A DNA stretch of 43,966 bases from Bacteriovoracaceae bacterium (GTDB lineage Bacteria; Bdellovibrionota; Bacteriovoracia; Bacteriovoracales; Bacteriovoracaceae): positions 1-43,966 of the forward strand of contig JBMYPC010000006.1 in NCBI GenBank assembly GCA_049599895.1, read 5' to 3'. Position 1 is the first letter of the stretch, and each line of letters begins with the position of its first letter. Position numbers and translations under genes: made by a program. The notes beneath the pieces were generated by a model. The model made no database searches and was not told where the DNA came from. It saw nothing but the letters and a program-made list of their open reading frames with translations. Positions 1-11,800 of the stretch are shown here, piece by piece.

Positions 1-2
1 AC

Positions 3-97
3 TGCCCACTGGGCACTTTTGCTACGAGTCGGTGCCACTGGCAACCATTGCCGCAGACCGGTCCTCGGCGATTCTCTGCGAAGTCGACGGAATCTAC
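3..97. repeat. GC-rich cluster of short palindromes (REP-like), possibly truncated by window edge
   Basis: TGCCCA-C-TGGGCA (3-15), TGCCA-C-TGGCA (33-43), GACCGGTC (56-63), GATTC...GAATC (70-94); CTAC (GTAG on minus strand) at 22-25 and 94-97. Confidence 0.4.
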
Positions 98-261
98 ACA
101 AAACTAAAATCAAAATGTGAGCTTGGTTTTTTCTCTGTGTTTCAAATGTGATATATGCAAGTTAAGAGGTTTAGGTGGATAATGCATCGTTAGGGATATT
201 ACGCTTATAAAAATGATAAGTTAGAAACAGTGTTAAATAAAATTATTGGGAGAAAAATAAA

Positions 262-552
262 ATGAAATTATTGTTAGGGCTGCTAGTAATGAGTTTGATA
301 ACAGGTTGTTCAAGTTTCTCAAGAGCAATGACAGATGAAAACAAAATGAAAATAAAAAGTGGAATGCAGTCAGATGAAATTGTAAAGATGTTCGGTAATC
401 CTCACAAAATAAAGGATACAACTTGCGGGGGGGATAGACCTTGGAATTGTATAATCTGGTATTATGACGATGAATGGACAGATCACGAAGCGACTTTTTA
501 CTTTAGAGATGAGAGTGGAGTAAAAGTGTTAAATTCCTTTGATCTTGAATAG
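262..552 (+). CDS. Small lipoprotein with SmpA/OmlA (BamE-like) domain
   Basis: Signal peptide with lipobox LITG-C; KIKSGMQSDEIVKMFGNP fits the 'GMt..eV...lG.P' SmpA/OmlA pattern. Confidence 0.65.
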   Translation: MKLLLGLLVMSLITGCSSFSRAMTDENKMKIKSGMQSDEIVKMFGNPHKIKDTTCGGDRPWNCIIWYYDDEWTDHEATFYFRDESGVKVLNSFDLE

Positions 553-560
553 GCTGGGTG

Positions 561-602
561 TCGAGAGTTTGAATTTCTCCATCTCCATCTCCATCTCCGT
601 CA
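561..602 (+). pseudogene. Degenerate tRNA 3' fragment (T-arm plus acceptor strand, Ser-like); possible att relic
   Basis: GAGAG-TTTGAAT-TTCTC resembles GAGAG-TTCGAAT-CTCTC, followed by CATCTC x3 and CGTCA (cf. ...CATCTCC-G-CCA); no 5' half present. Confidence 0.45.
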
Positions 603-848
603 CCGTAGAATCTATCTGTCTCCTTAATTTGTTGATTTTAAATGGTTTTGCTTATTGAGGGGATGCTTAAAGCCCTGAATGGTCATCTTTTTGCCTTGGT
701 TGAGCGTAGTGTTATCCGAGAGGGGGAATTATTTGGGCCCTGGGCCATTTTCCTTGCCCCTAAATGTGGACAATCTCTTCCTTTTGTCGCATAAGTGATA
801 GATTACTTTACATATATGCTAAATACGAAATTTTAAAGGTACAGAGTT

Positions 849-1235
849 ATGTCAATTTTAAAGGCTGAAGATAAGAACAAATGGATTAGTTTCTTTCTCG
901 TTGTAGTGAGCTCAATCTCTGCATTTGTCTTTATAAAGTTCTTTGAGCAGCTTTCTGAATGGTTTGATCTTGAAGCGAAAATCGGAAACTTTGAGATGTT
1001 ATCTCAAGGACTCGGAATCGCTCTTGGCGCCGTGGTTTTCTTTGTTGTTCTTAAGAATAAGCAAGCGAGTGATTATTTAAACGAAGTCTATAATGAGCTA
1101 ACTAAGGTTGTTTGGTCTGAGAAAGACACGGCTTTTAAGCTTACGATTGGGATTGTGATTGCTGTTGCTATCCTAAGTCTTATCTTTGTTGGTTTCGATG
1201 TAATGTTTCAAAAAGGTTTAGAGCTTATCTATTAG
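849..1235 (+). CDS. secE: Preprotein translocase subunit SecE (3-TM type)
   Basis: Three hydrophobic segments; ELTKVVW motif; directly upstream of nusG. Confidence 0.9.
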   Translation: MSILKAEDKNKWISFFLVVVSSISAFVFIKFFEQLSEWFDLEAKIGNFEMLSQGLGIALGAVVFFVVLKNKQASDYLNEVYNELTKVVWSEKDTAFKLTIGIVIAVAILSLIFVGFDVMFQKGLELIY

Positions 1236-1258
1236 GATGAGTTCCTGGAGAATAAATA

Positions 1259-1933
1259 ATGAGTGATGAAGTTCAAGAAAAAGCGACAGAAGAAGTAATC
1301 GAAGAAACAACTGAAGTTGCTGCTGAAGAGACAGCTTCTGAAGAAGTTGCCACTGAGACTGAAGCTCCTGCTGGAGAAGAAGAAGCTCAGGCGGAAGATC
1401 CTAACTTTAAGTGGTATATCGCTAAAACTTTAACGGGTCAGGAAAATAAAGTTTCTCGCGCTCTTAAAGAAAATATTGTGAATTACAAGCTTACTGAGTT
1501 CTTCCAAGATGTCCTCGTTCCTGAGGAAACAGTTGTGAGTCACGCAGGTGGCAAAAAGAGAACAATCAAGAAAAAGTTTTTTCCAGGCTACGTCTTGATT
1601 AAGATGATCATGAATGATAAAACCTGGCACCTTGTCAAAAATACGGACAAAATTACGGGTTTTGTTGGTGGGACGCCGGATAAACCAGCTCCTATAAGCG
1701 ATGAAGAAGCCGCGTATATGACAAATCAGGCTGAGGATGGAGTTCAAAAACCTCGAACCAGCGTCAGTTTTGTTGAAGGTGACCAAGTTAAAGTTATCGA
1801 AGGTCCGTTTGCTTCATTTGTGGGAACAGTTGAAGCGGTTAGTGATAAAGGTAAAGTTAAGGTTAACGTCTCGATTTTTGGTAGACCGACACCTGTTGAA
1901 TTAGATTTTTCTCAAGTTGAAAAAGTCTCTTAG
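1259..1933 (+). CDS. nusG: Transcription termination/antitermination factor NusG with acidic N-terminal extension
   Basis: KWY...FFPGYVLIKM NGN domain; KOW domain GPFASFVG...IFGRPTPVELDF. Confidence 0.98.
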   Translation: MSDEVQEKATEEVIEETTEVAAEETASEEVATETEAPAGEEEAQAEDPNFKWYIAKTLTGQENKVSRALKENIVNYKLTEFFQDVLVPEETVVSHAGGKKRTIKKKFFPGYVLIKMIMNDKTWHLVKNTDKITGFVGGTPDKPAPISDEEAAYMTNQAEDGVQKPRTSVSFVEGDQVKVIEGPFASFVGTVEAVSDKGKVKVNVSIFGRPTPVELDFSQVEKVS

Positions 1934-1974
1934 CCCAAGGGTTAAGAAGATCGTTGATATTTTAGGAGATCGCT

Positions 1975-2400
1975 ATGGCGAAAAAAGTTAGTGGATTTAT
2001 TAAGTTGCAGATTGCTGGTGGTAAAGCGAACCCATCTCCCCCAATTGGTCCAGCTCTTGGTCAAAAGGGTGTTAATATCATGGAGTTTTGTAAAGCTTTC
2101 AATGCCAAAACTCAAAAAGATGCAGGTGTTATGCTTCCAACGATCATTACTGTTTATTCAGACAGATCGTTTTCTTTCGTAACAAAGACACCTCCGGCGT
2201 CTTATCTATTAAAAACAAAATTAAAGCTTAAGTCAGGGGCTAATAAGCCTGGTCATGAAGTTGCTGGAACAGTTTCTCAGAACATTGTTGATGAGATTGT
2301 TGAGCAAAAGAAGCCAGACCTAACTGCTGCTGGTTTAGAAGCTGGACGAAGAACTATTGAAGGGTCAATCCGTTCAATGGGACTTAAATTAGACTATTAG
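1975..2400 (+). CDS. rplK: 50S ribosomal protein uL11
   Basis: [27 protein letters not shown]. Confidence 0.99.
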   Translation: MAKKVSGFIKLQIAGGKANPSPPIGPALGQKGVNIMEFCKAFNAKTQKDAGVMLPTIITVYSDRSFSFVTKTPPASYLLKTKLKLKSGANKPGHEVAGTVSQNIVDEIVEQKKPDLTAAGLEAGRRTIEGSIRSMGLKLDY

Positions 2401-2451
2401 AAAACCAAAGGTTTTCTGCGTCGCAGACGGCTAGTAAGCCTCAGCGCGCGG
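2399..2451 (+). repeat. Three-hairpin intercistronic element, copy R1 (after rplK)
   Basis: AGAAAACC-AAA-GGTTTTCT G CGTC-GCA-GACG G CTAGTAAGCCTCAGCGCGCGG; aligns with 5 other copies in this window. Confidence 0.9.
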
Positions 2452-2501
2452 TGATAAAAAAACAAAACCTGGCATAAGGCCAGTAAACATTTAAAACAAC
2501 T

Positions 2502-2538
2502 GTGGGAGACTGGACTTCGTGAGCCAGTCGCTTGGACC
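2502..2538 (+). promoter_or_regulatory. uL1-binding autoregulatory mRNA site upstream of rplA
   Basis: GTGGGAG-[GACTGG/CCAGTC stem]-GCT..ACC pattern typical of L1 leaders, next to the rplA SD. Confidence 0.65.
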
Positions 2539-2547
2539 GGAGGAATC

Positions 2548-3252
2548 ATGAAAAAACAATCTAAGAAGTTCTTAGAAGCTCAGAAACAAGTCGATTCAGA
2601 CAAAACTTACAACCTAGATGAAGGTATTGCACTTACAAAGAAAGTTGCTTTTGCAAAATTCGATGAAACTGTTGATCTTGCTTTTAGACTAGGTGTTGAT
2701 CCAAGACATGCTGATCAAATGATTAGAGGGGCGATTGCTCTTCCTGCTGGTACAGGAAAAACTGTACGAGTTTGTGTCATCACTTCTGGAGACAAAATTA
2801 AAGCCGCTGAAGAAGCAGGGGCTGATTTTGTTGGTTCAGATGATCTTGTGACTAAGATCCAAGGTGGATGGCTTGATTTTGACAGAATGATCGCATCTCC
2901 AGAAATGATGGGGAAACTTGGTCGTATCGGTCGTATTCTAGGGCCTAGAGGACTTATGCCTAACCCAAAACTTGGAACTGTTACTCCTGACGTTGCTAAA
3001 GCTGTTCAAGAGCAAAAAGCAGGTAAGGTCGAGTACAGAACTGAGAAAAACGGGATCATTCACGTTCCAGTTGGAAAGAAATCATTTTCTGAAGACCAAC
3101 TTAAGCAAAACATTACAGCTATGATCGCTGCCATCATGAAGGCGAAGCCTGTTAGTGCAAAAGGGACGTACCTTAAGTCATTAACTGTAAGTACAACAAT
3201 GGGGCCAGGTATCAGTCTTGATACTCTTGAAGCTTCAGGAATTGGCGCGTAG
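2548..3252 (+). CDS. rplA: 50S ribosomal protein uL1
   Basis: [32 protein letters not shown]. Confidence 0.99.
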   Translation: MKKQSKKFLEAQKQVDSDKTYNLDEGIALTKKVAFAKFDETVDLAFRLGVDPRHADQMIRGAIALPAGTGKTVRVCVITSGDKIKAAEEAGADFVGSDDLVTKIQGGWLDFDRMIASPEMMGKLGRIGRILGPRGLMPNPKLGTVTPDVAKAVQEQKAGKVEYRTEKNGIIHVPVGKKSFSEDQLKQNITAMIAAIMKAKPVSAKGTYLKSLTVSTTMGPGISLDTLEASGIGA

Positions 3253-3269
3253 AAATTTTATCAATTTGA

Positions 3270-3450
3270 AGGGGTTGAAGAAAGCCGGTTGCTATATAAA
3301 AGACATAAGTTGCTTAAAAATAGGAGATCCTAGGCAAAAGTGAAAGAGCGCGGAGACATACGAATGTATGTCGCACAAGCGAGAGAACTTTTAACGACGG
3401 AGATTCATTTTTAAGAAAGTTATAGCTAGAAATCCTGCCGAAGCTCCCCT
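3270..3450 (+). promoter_or_regulatory. L10 leader RNA with enlarged internal palindromic insert
   Basis: 5' GGGGTTGAAGAAAGCCGG and 3' AATCCTGCCGAAGCTCCCC resemble L10-leader halves; located in the rplA-rplJ spacer. Confidence 0.7.
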
Positions 3451-3477
3451 CTTAATAACATAATTAGGAGGTAACCT

Positions 3478-4023
3478 ATGTTAAATCGTGAACAAAAAGC
3501 GAAGGTTATCGAAGGACTTAAAGCAGACATTGAAAACGCAAGAGGGATCTTCTTAACGAACCTTATTGGCGTTAAATCAAATGATTCTGTAGCGATCAGA
3601 AAAAGTGTTCGTGACGTTGACGGAAAAATGGTCATCACGAGGAATACTCTTTTTCAGAAAGCTTCAGAAGGAACTGCTGCTGAAGGTCTTTTGAAAGGTC
3701 TTAAGGGGCCACATGCCGTAGCATTCGCTTTTGAAGATGCAGCTGGTGTCGCTAAATGCTTAAAAGACGCTGGTGAAGACTTCGAACTCGTCGACCTTAA
3801 GGGTGGTATTCTTAACGGTGACGAACTAACTAAAGAGCAACTTGTTCAACTTGCGAACTTACCGTCTCGTGATCAAATGCTTGGAACTCTTCTTGCAACT
3901 TTCAATGCACCTATTAGTGCACTAGCAAGAGTACTTTTTGCAATTCAAGAGCAAAAAGAAAGTGGAGCGGAGCCTGCGCCAGCTGAAGCGGCTGCAGAAG
4001 AAGCACCTGCAAGTGAAGAATAG
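3478..4023 (+). CDS. rplJ: 50S ribosomal protein uL10
   Basis: MLNREQKAKVI, LANLPSRDQMLGTL; synteny. Confidence 0.98.
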   Translation: MLNREQKAKVIEGLKADIENARGIFLTNLIGVKSNDSVAIRKSVRDVDGKMVITRNTLFQKASEGTAAEGLLKGLKGPHAVAFAFEDAAGVAKCLKDAGEDFELVDLKGGILNGDELTKEQLVQLANLPSRDQMLGTLLATFNAPISALARVLFAIQEQKESGAEPAPAEAAAEEAPASEE

Positions 4024-4065
4024 AGAAAACAGTTTAAACAATTTATTTTTATTTAGGAGAATACA

Positions 4066-4440
4066 ATGAGTACACAAATTACAAATGATCAATTAATCGA
4101 CCACATCTCTGGTATGTCAGTTCTTGAAGTTGCTGAGCTTGTTAAGCAACTTGAAGAGAAGTTTGGTGTTTCTGCAGCACCTGTTGCTGTTGCTGGTGGA
4201 GCTGCTGGTGGAGCTGCTGCTGAAGAGAAAACTGAATTTGACGTTGTTCTTGCTGAAGCAGGTGCTAAGAAAATCAACGTTATTAAAGAAGTTAGAGCAA
4301 TCACAGGTCTTGGTCTTAAAGAGGCAAAAGAACTTGTTGAGTCAGCACCTAAGCCAGTTAAAGAAGGTGTTGAGAAAGCTGAAGCGGAAGAGCTTAAGAA
4401 GAAGCTTGAAGCTGCAGGGGCTAAAGCCGAAATTAAATAG
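4066..4440 (+). CDS. rplL: 50S ribosomal protein bL12
   Basis: [37 protein letters not shown]. Confidence 0.99.
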   Translation: MSTQITNDQLIDHISGMSVLEVAELVKQLEEKFGVSAAPVAVAGGAAGGAAAEEKTEFDVVLAEAGAKKINVIKEVRAITGLGLKEAKELVESAPKPVKEGVEKAEAEELKKKLEAAGAKAEIK

Positions 4441-4494
4441 AAAAGTCTTCGCACTAAGACCCTGTGCGTATAAACGATTTTTCATAATGATCAC

Positions 4495-4546
4495 GGGCAC
4501 AAGATTTGATAACGCGGTGTCGCTAGCAAGTTTTGTGCCTAATTTT
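4495..4546 (+). promoter_or_regulatory. Long stem-loop in rplL-rpoB spacer (attenuator or processing stem)
   Basis: GGGCACAAGATTTG...CAAGTTTTGTGCCT then AATTTT; analogous position to known rplL-rpoB attenuators. Confidence 0.45.
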
Positions 4547-4699
4547 GTGAAAGGGCTTGACACTTAGTTGCCTTTTCATGTTTTTAGTAGGTTTACTAAT
4601 TTATTAACTAGTTAATATGACGAACTCTTATTTTGGCCAAAAAGAGCACAATCTATTCGCGTCCTTTACTGGTGCATCCTGCACTAAGGAGACCCTATA

Positions 4700-7600
4700 A
4701 TGACTGAGGTTTTTTCTCCCAACGAGTGGTATAGACGAAGTTTTGCTTCAAACCCTGAAGTTATCGATACTCCTTCTCTAATGAAGTTACAGATCGATTC
4801 TTATGAAGAGTTTCTGCAAAGAGACGTTCCACCTGCAAAAAGAAGAAATGTTGGATTACAAGCTGTCTTTAAGTCAGTTTTCCCGATTCACGACTTTAAT
4901 AAAACAGTCTCTTTAGAGTTTGTTAGCTACGCACTTGAAGAGCCGAAGTACTCTGAAAAAGAATGTCGTCAAAGAGGTCTTTCTTATGAAGCTCCTCTTA
5001 AAGTTGTTGTTCGTCTTGTTTTCTACGAAGTGAACGTCGACAAAGAAGGTGAAGAGCAAAGAACAGTTTCAGCTATTAAAGAGCAGGAAGTTTACCTTGG
5101 TAACATTCCTCTGATGGCCGCAACAGGTTCATTTATTTATAACGGAACAGAAAGAGTTATCGTTTCTCAGCTTCACAGATCTCCAGGGATCATTTTTGAG
5201 CACGATAGCGGTAAGAAGCACTCTTCAGGGAAGCTTCTTTACTCAGCAAGAATCATTCCTCATAGAGGTTCTTGGCTAGACTTTGAATTTGATCACAAAA
5301 ACGTTCTCTTTGCGAGAATTGATAGAAAGAGAAAACTTCACGCAACAGTCGTTCTTAAGGCGATGGGGTACTCAACAACAGATCTTCTTGATCTTTTCTA
5401 TCACCATGAAACATTAACATTAAATAAAGACGGATCAATCAAGCGTAAGCTTGAACTTGATCTTTTAAACGGAACACGTTCAACAAGAGACGTTCTTAGC
5501 CCGAAAGATGCAAAAGTCATCGTTAAAAAAGGTAAGAAGTTCTCAAGACTTTCAATCAAAAAGCTTAAAGAAGCTGGTGTTACTGAGCTTGAAGCTGAGC
5601 TTGAAGACATTGTTGGAAAAGTTGTCGCTGAAGATATCTTTGACGAAAACACTGGTGAGGTTCTTTGCCTTGCTAACGAAGCATTAAGTGAAAGTAAAAT
5701 TCAAGACCTTCTTGCTGCTGGTGTTACTGAAATCAAGGTTCTTTATATTGATATGATCAACTTTGGTGATCAAATCAGAAACACTCTTCTTCTTGATAAA
5801 ACTGATTCAAGAGAAGATGGTCTTGTTAAAGTCTTTGAAAGACTAAGACCTGGAGAGCCGCCAACAGTTGAAGCAGCGGAACTTCTTTTCAACAACCTTT
5901 TCTTTTCTGAAGACAAGTATGACCTTTCTGCCGTTGGTAGAATGAAGGTTAACTATAAGTTTGGAATGGATGTTCCTGTTGAGAACACTGTTCTAACGAA
6001 TGAAGACATTATTAAAACTGTTCAATACCTTGTTGATCTTAACAACGGTAAAGGTAAAGTTGATGATATCGACCACCTTGGTAACAGAAGAGTAAGAGCG
6101 GTTGGTGAACTTCTCGAGAACCAATTTAGAGTTGGTCTTGTGAGAATGGAAAGAGCTGTTAAAGAAAGAATGGCCATCCAAGAAATTGATACGATGATGC
6201 CTTATGACCTTGTTAACCAAAAGCCAGTTGCGGCAGCGGTTAAGGAGTTCTTTGGATCTTCTCAGCTTTCTCAATTTATGGACCAAACAAACCCACTTTC
6301 AGAAGTCACTCACAAAAGAAGACTTTCTGCTCTAGGACCAGGTGGTCTTACAAGAGAAAGAGCTGGTTTTGAGGTTCGTGACGTTCACTCAACTCACTAT
6401 GGAAGAATGTGTCCGGTTGAGACTCCTGAAGGACCAAACATTGGTCTTATTACATCTCTTGCGACTTATGCTCGAGTTTCTGAATATGGATTCATTGAAA
6501 CTCCTTATCAGGTTGTTAATGAAAGCAATGAAGTTGGTAAAGCACAGTACTTTTCTGCCTTTGAAGAAGAAGGAAAGGTTATTGCTCAGCTTGATAATAA
6601 CTTTATTAAAGACGGAAAGATTGTAGGTGAACAAGTTCCTGCTCGTGCTGCTGGTGACTATACATTAGTTGAAGCGAGTGATGTTGAGCTTATGGACGTT
6701 TCTCCAACTCAGATGATTTCAATTGCAACATCTCTTATTCCTTTCCTTGAGCATGATGATGCCAACCGTGCTCTTATGGGATCGAACATGATGAGACAGG
6801 CTGTGCCTGTTGTGAAAACTGATGCTCCTATTGTTGGAACCGGAGTTGAAGCTATCGTTGCCAGAGACTCTGGGGCGATTCTTTTTGCGAAAAATTCTGG
6901 TCGAGTGATCTTCGTTGATTCAAACAGAATCGTTATCCAAAGAGATAAGTTTGAAGAAGGTGAGTCTGGGGTTGATGTTTACAAACTGATTAAATACCAA
7001 AGAACAAACCAAAATACCTGTAATAACCAAAGAGCTCTTGTAAAAGAGGGTGATAAGGTTAAAAAAGGTGAGGTTATTGGTGATGGTCCAGGGACTCACA
7101 ATGGTGACCTTGCTCTTGGACAAAACGTTCTTGTGGCCTTCATGCCATGGGGTGGATTTAACTATGAGGATTCAATCCTTATTAACGAAAGTCTACTTCA
7201 TAGAGATATCTTTACTTCTGTTCACATTGAAAGCTTTGAAGTTGAAGCCAGAGATACAAAACTTGGTAAAGAAGAAATCACTCGCGATATTCCAAACGTT
7301 TCTGAAGAAGCTCTTAAAGATCTTGATGAGGCGGGGATTGTTCGTGTTGGTGCGATCATTAAGCCTGGAGACATCCTTGTTGGTAAAATTACTCCAAAAG
7401 GTGAAACTCAACTTTCTCCTGAAGAAAAACTTCTTAAGGCGATCTTTGGTGATAAAGCTGGAGACGTTAAAGATACATCACTTAGAGTTTCTTCATCTGT
7501 GAGAGGAACTGTTATTGATGCGAAAGTTTACACTCGTGAAGGAGTTGAGCTTGATTCAAGATCAAAAGAGATTATTGATCACGAAACAACTCTTATCAGA

Positions 7601-8833
7601 CGTGATGAAAGAATTGAGATTAAAGCGATTCAAACTTCAGCAATTATTAGAATTGCAGATATGCTTAAAGGCGCTCAAACAACTGATGCTCTTGTTTCAG
7701 AAGATGGGACAGAAGAGCTTCTTCCTAAAGGAACTGAGATTACTTCAGAGGTTCTAAGCGGGATTCCATTTGAGCTTATTGGTTACTTACCTCTTAAAGC
7801 AGAGCTTGAAGAGTCAATCTCTGAATACTTCGCTGATGTTCGAAACAGAGTTAATCGAGTTCGCACAAAAGCAAATGATGAGATTGCAAACCTTCATAGA
7901 GGTGATGAACTTCCTCCAGGTGTTATCAAAAAAGTTACTGTCTACGTTGCGATTAAAAGAAAGCTTCAGCCGGGTGATAAGATGGCCGGGCGTCACGGTA
8001 ACAAAGGTGTTATTTCAAATGTTCTTCCTCAGGAAGACATGCCATACCTTGCCAACGGTACTCCGGTTGAGATCGTTCTTAACCCATTAGGTGTTCCGTC
8101 TCGTATGAACATCGGTCAGCTTCTTGAGCTCCATCTTGGATGGGCCGGACGTGGACTTGGTGAAAAGTTCCAGGCTCTTCTTGAAGAGCAACGTGAAATG
8201 CACGAGCTTAAAGATTATATCGACAAGATCTATCAAGATGAGAAAGTAACAGCTTGGCTTAAGAAAGCTTCTGATAAGCAAGTAAGAGCGGTTGCTAAAA
8301 AACTTTCAACAGGTGTTCGTTTTGCAACAACTGTTTTTGATGGAGCGAAAGAGCAAAACATTAGAGAGATGCTTGGACTTGCTGAATTTGAAGAGCATGG
8401 AAAAACAACTCTTTTCAACGGTCTTACCGGAGACGCTTTTGCGGAAGAAGTTACTGTTGGTGTGATGTATATGCTGAAACTTCACCACCTTGTTGATGAG
8501 AAGATTCACGCTAGATCGACTGGTCCATACTCACTTGTGACTCAACAGCCACTTGGTGGTAAGGCACAGTTTGGTGGTCAGAGACTTGGGGAAATGGAAG
8601 TTTGGGCACTTGAAGCTTATGGTGCGGCTTACACACTCCAAGAGTTCTTAACTGTTAAATCTGATGACGTTATTGGACGTACAAGAATGTATGAATCAAT
8701 CGTTAAAGGTGAGCAAGTTCTTGAACCTGGTCTTCCAGAGTCATTTAACGTTCTTATCAGAGAGCTTCAGGCCCTTTGTCTTGACGTTAAACTTGAAGAG
8801 TCTAGTGAAGAAGAATCAGTAACAATTTTATAA
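4700..8833 (+). CDS. rpoB: RNA polymerase beta subunit
   Basis: [34 protein letters not shown]. Confidence 0.99.
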   Translation: MTEVFSPNEWYRRSFASNPEVIDTPSLMKLQIDSYEEFLQRDVPPAKRRNVGLQAVFKSVFPIHDFNKTVSLEFVSYALEEPKYSEKECRQRGLSYEAPLKVVVRLVFYEVNVDKEGEEQRTVSAIKEQEVYLGNIPLMAATGSFIYNGTERVIVSQLHRSPGIIFEHDSGKKHSSGKLLYSARIIPHRGSWLDFEFDHKNVLFARIDRKRKLHATVVLKAMGYSTTDLLDLFYHHETLTLNKDGSIKRKLELDLLNGTRSTRDVLSPKDAKVIVKKGKKFSRLSIKKLKEAGVTELEAELEDIVGKVVAEDIFDENTGEVLCLANEALSESKIQDLLAAGVTEIKVLYIDMINFGDQIRNTLLLDKTDSREDGLVKVFERLRPGEPPTVEAAELLFNNLFFSEDKYDLSAVGRMKVNYKFGMDVPVENTVLTNEDIIKTVQYLVDLNNGKGKVDDIDHLGNRRVRAVGELLENQFRVGLVRMERAVKERMAIQEIDTMMPYDLVNQKPVAAAVKEFFGSSQLSQFMDQTNPLSEVTHKRRLSALGPGGLTRERAGFEVRDVHSTHYGRMCPVETPEGPNIGLITSLATYARVSEYGFIETPYQVVNESNEVGKAQYFSAFEEEGKVIAQLDNNFIKDGKIVGEQVPARAAGDYTLVEASDVELMDVSPTQMISIATSLIPFLEHDDANRALMGSNMMRQAVPVVKTDAPIVGTGVEAIVARDSGAILFAKNSGRVIFVDSNRIVIQRDKFEEGESGVDVYKLIKYQRTNQNTCNNQRALVKEGDKVKKGEVIGDGPGTHNGDLALGQNVLVAFMPWGGFNYEDSILINESLLHRDIFTSVHIESFEVEARDTKLGKEEITRDIPNVSEEALKDLDEAGIVRVGAIIKPGDILVGKITPKGETQLSPEEKLLKAIFGDKAGDVKDTSLRVSSSVRGTVIDAKVYTREGVELDSRSKEIIDHETTLIRRDERIEIKAIQTSAIIRIADMLKGAQTTDALVSEDGTEELLPKGTEITSEVLSGIPFELIGYLPLKAELEESISEYFADVRNRVNRVRTKANDEIANLHRGDELPPGVIKKVTVYVAIKRKLQPGDKMAGRHGNKGVISNVLPQEDMPYLANGTPVEIVLNPLGVPSRMNIGQLLELHLGWAGRGLGEKFQALLEEQREMHELKDYIDKIYQDEKVTAWLKKASDKQVRAVAKKLSTGVRFATTVFDGAKEQNIREMLGLAEFEEHGKTTLFNGLTGDAFAEEVTVGVMYMLKLHHLVDEKIHARSTGPYSLVTQQPLGGKAQFGGQRLGEMEVWALEAYGAAYTLQEFLTVKSDDVIGRTRMYESIVKGEQVLEPGLPESFNVLIRELQALCLDVKLEESSEEESVTIL

Positions 8834-8884
8834 TATTTGAATGACATATTGGCTTTGAGTTATTCAAAGAAGGGATAAAACAAC

Positions 8885-11800
8885 ATGAAAGACTTATTAA
8901 ACTTTTTCGACAAACCAAAAGATCCGATTAGTGTTGATGCTGTTTCAATTAAGATGGCATCTCCCGACACAATTCGTGAATGGTCTTTTGGAGAAGTTCG
9001 TAAGCCAGAGACAATCAACTACAGGACATTTAAGCCTGAAAGAGATGGTCTATTCTGTGCAAAGATTTTTGGACCAATCAAAGACTACGAATGTATCTGT
9101 GGAAAATATAAAAGAATGAAGCACAGAGGTGTGGTTTGTGAAAAGTGTGGTGTTGAAGTTACACTTTCAAAAGTCCGCCGTGAAAGATGTGGACACATCG
9201 AGCTTTCAACTCCTGTTGCTCACATTTGGTTTTTAAGATCTCTTCCTTCAAGACTTGGAGCTCTTTTAAATCTTTCTCTAAAAGAACTTGAAAAGGTTCT
9301 TTACTATGAAGCTCATATCGTAACTGACTCAGCAACTGCCGATGTTGAAGGTGGTCTTGAAGTTGGTCGAGTTATTACTGAGCAACAATACCAAGAGCTT
9401 AAAGAGCAAGGTGTTGATTTCGAAGCTGGAATGGGTGGAGAAATTGTTAAAGACATGCTTAGAAAAATTGATCTTGAGCTTGAAGTTAAAGAGATCAGAA
9501 AAGGTCTTCGAAATGCAACAACTGAAATGGCGAAAACAAAATTTGTTAAGCGTTTAAAAGTTGTTGAATCGATTCTTAAGTCAGACAACAAACCTGAGTG
9601 GTTCATGATGGATGTTATTCCTGTGCTTCCACCAGATCTTAGACCTCTTGTTCCTCTTGAGGCGGGAAGATTTGCAACATCTGATCTTAACGATCTTTAC
9701 AGACGTGTTATCAACAGAAACAACCGTCTTATGAGACTTAAAGAGCTTAACGCTCCAGAGATCATCATTAGAAACGAAAAGAGAATGCTTCAAGAAGCAG
9801 TTGATGCTCTTTTTGATAACGGAAGAAGAGGGAAGGTCTTCACAGGGGCTAATAAAAGACCTCTTAGATCACTTTCAGATATGCTTAAAGGTAAGCAAGG
9901 TCGTTTTAGACAAAACCTTCTTGGTAAACGTGTCGACTACTCTGGTCGTTCGGTTATCGTTGTTGGTCCAAGTCTTAGACTTCACCAATGTGGTCTTCCA
10001 AAGCTTATGGCGCTTGAGCTTTTCAAGCCATTTATCTACAACAAACTCATTGAAAAAGGTCACTGTACAACTATTAAAGTGGCCAAACGAATGGTTGACA
10101 GCCAAAAGCAAGAGGTTTGGGACATTCTTGAAGAAGTTGTTATGGAACATCCGGTTCTTCTTAACCGTGCTCCAACTCTTCACAGGCTTGGTATCCAAGG
10201 TTTCGAACCAGTTCTTATTGAAGGTAAAGCGATTCAGCTTCACCCACTTGTTTGTACGGCTTTCAACGCTGACTTTGACGGTGACCAGATGGCGGTTCAC
10301 GTTCCTCTTTCACTTGAAGCTCAGGTAGAGTGTCGAGTTCTTGCGATGTCGACAAACAATATCCTTTCTCCAAAAGATGGAACGCCAATTATCGTTCCTA
10401 CTCAGGATATCGTTCTTGGTCTTTACTACATGACAAGAATTCGTCCATACGCTCGTGGATACGGGAAAACTTTTGCTTCAAAAGAAGAAGCTCAATTTGC
10501 TTACTTTACAGGTAACCTTCACCTTCAGGCTCCAATCAATGTTCGAGTTAGCGGTGAAATGCTTGAAACAACTGTTGGGCGAACATTTGTATTTGACGTA
10601 ATCCCTGATTGTTTAGAGTACTCAGATATCAACAAGATTTTAGATAAAAAAGCTCTTGGGAAACTTATTGATAAGGCCTACAGAGTTGGAACAGAGAAAG
10701 ACACTGTTCTTCTTGCTGATGCGATCATGAGACTTGGTTATGAGAATGCAACAAAAGCAGGTATCTCAATTAACATTAACGATATGACGATTCCTTCTGA
10801 GAAGGTTGATATCCTTGCTGAAGCTTATAAAGAAGTTTCAGGAATCACTGAAGAATATAACGAAGGTTCTATTACTAACGGTGAAAGATACAACAAGATC
10901 GTTGACGTCTGGGCCCAAACTAATGAGCAGCTAACAAAAGTCATGCTTGAGAAAATCTCAACTGATACATTTGTTTCTGAAGATGGAAGTGAAGAAGATA
11001 AAGCTCCTTCATTTAACTCTCTTTATATGATGGCTGACTCAGGAGCGAGGGGTTCTACAACTCAGATGAGACAGCTTGCGGCCATGCGTGGTCTTATGGC
11101 GAAACCATCTGGTGAAATTATTGAAACTCCAATTACTTCAAACTTCCGTGAAGGTCTAACGGTTCTTCAGTACTTTGCTTCTACTCACGGTGCACGTAAA
11201 GGTCTCGCCGATACGGCCCTTAAGACTGCAAACTCTGGTTATCTAACCCGTCGTCTTGTTGACGTTGCCCAAGATGGTATTATCAGAAACACTGACTGTG
11301 GGTCTCAAGACGGAGTTATCCTAACTTCAAGAATTGAAGCTGGTGAAGTTGTTGAGGACGTCATCGAAAGAGCGATGGGACGAGTTCTTTCAACTCCAAT
11401 TGTTGATGACACTGGAGCAGAGATCTTCCCAAGAAATTATCTTCTTACTGAAAAAGATGTTCCAAAGCTTAAAGAGCACGAAGTTGACCAGATCAAAGTA
11501 AGATCAGTTCTTACTTGTGATGAGAAGTTTGGTTTCTGTGCACATTGTTTTGGACGTGACCTTGCTCGTGGAACAATGGTGAGTATTGGTGAAACTGTTG
11601 GTGTTATTGCTGCTCAGTCAATTGGTGAGCCGGGTACACAGCTTACCATGCGTACTTTCCACGTTGGTGGTACTGCAACTGCCGGTGCACAGGTTAATAA
11701 AACAGAAGTTAAAACAGCTGGTACGGTTGTTTATGACAACGTTAAAACAGCAAAAACTGATGACGGAACAATTATCATTCTTAACAAGACTGGTGAGCTT

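Noticed and set aside
553..848. Intact tRNA-Trp or rpmG expected upstream of secE
   Set aside because: No full cloverleaf and no L33-like ORF seen; only a decayed tRNA 3' fragment.
3426..3638. Minus-strand 70-aa ORF over the L10 leader and rplJ start
   Set aside because: Antisense to rplJ; region already explained by the leader and CDS.
6250..6350. Rifampicin-resistance substitutions in RpoB cluster I
   Set aside because: [26 protein letters not shown] keeps the usual sensitive Q, D, H and S residues.
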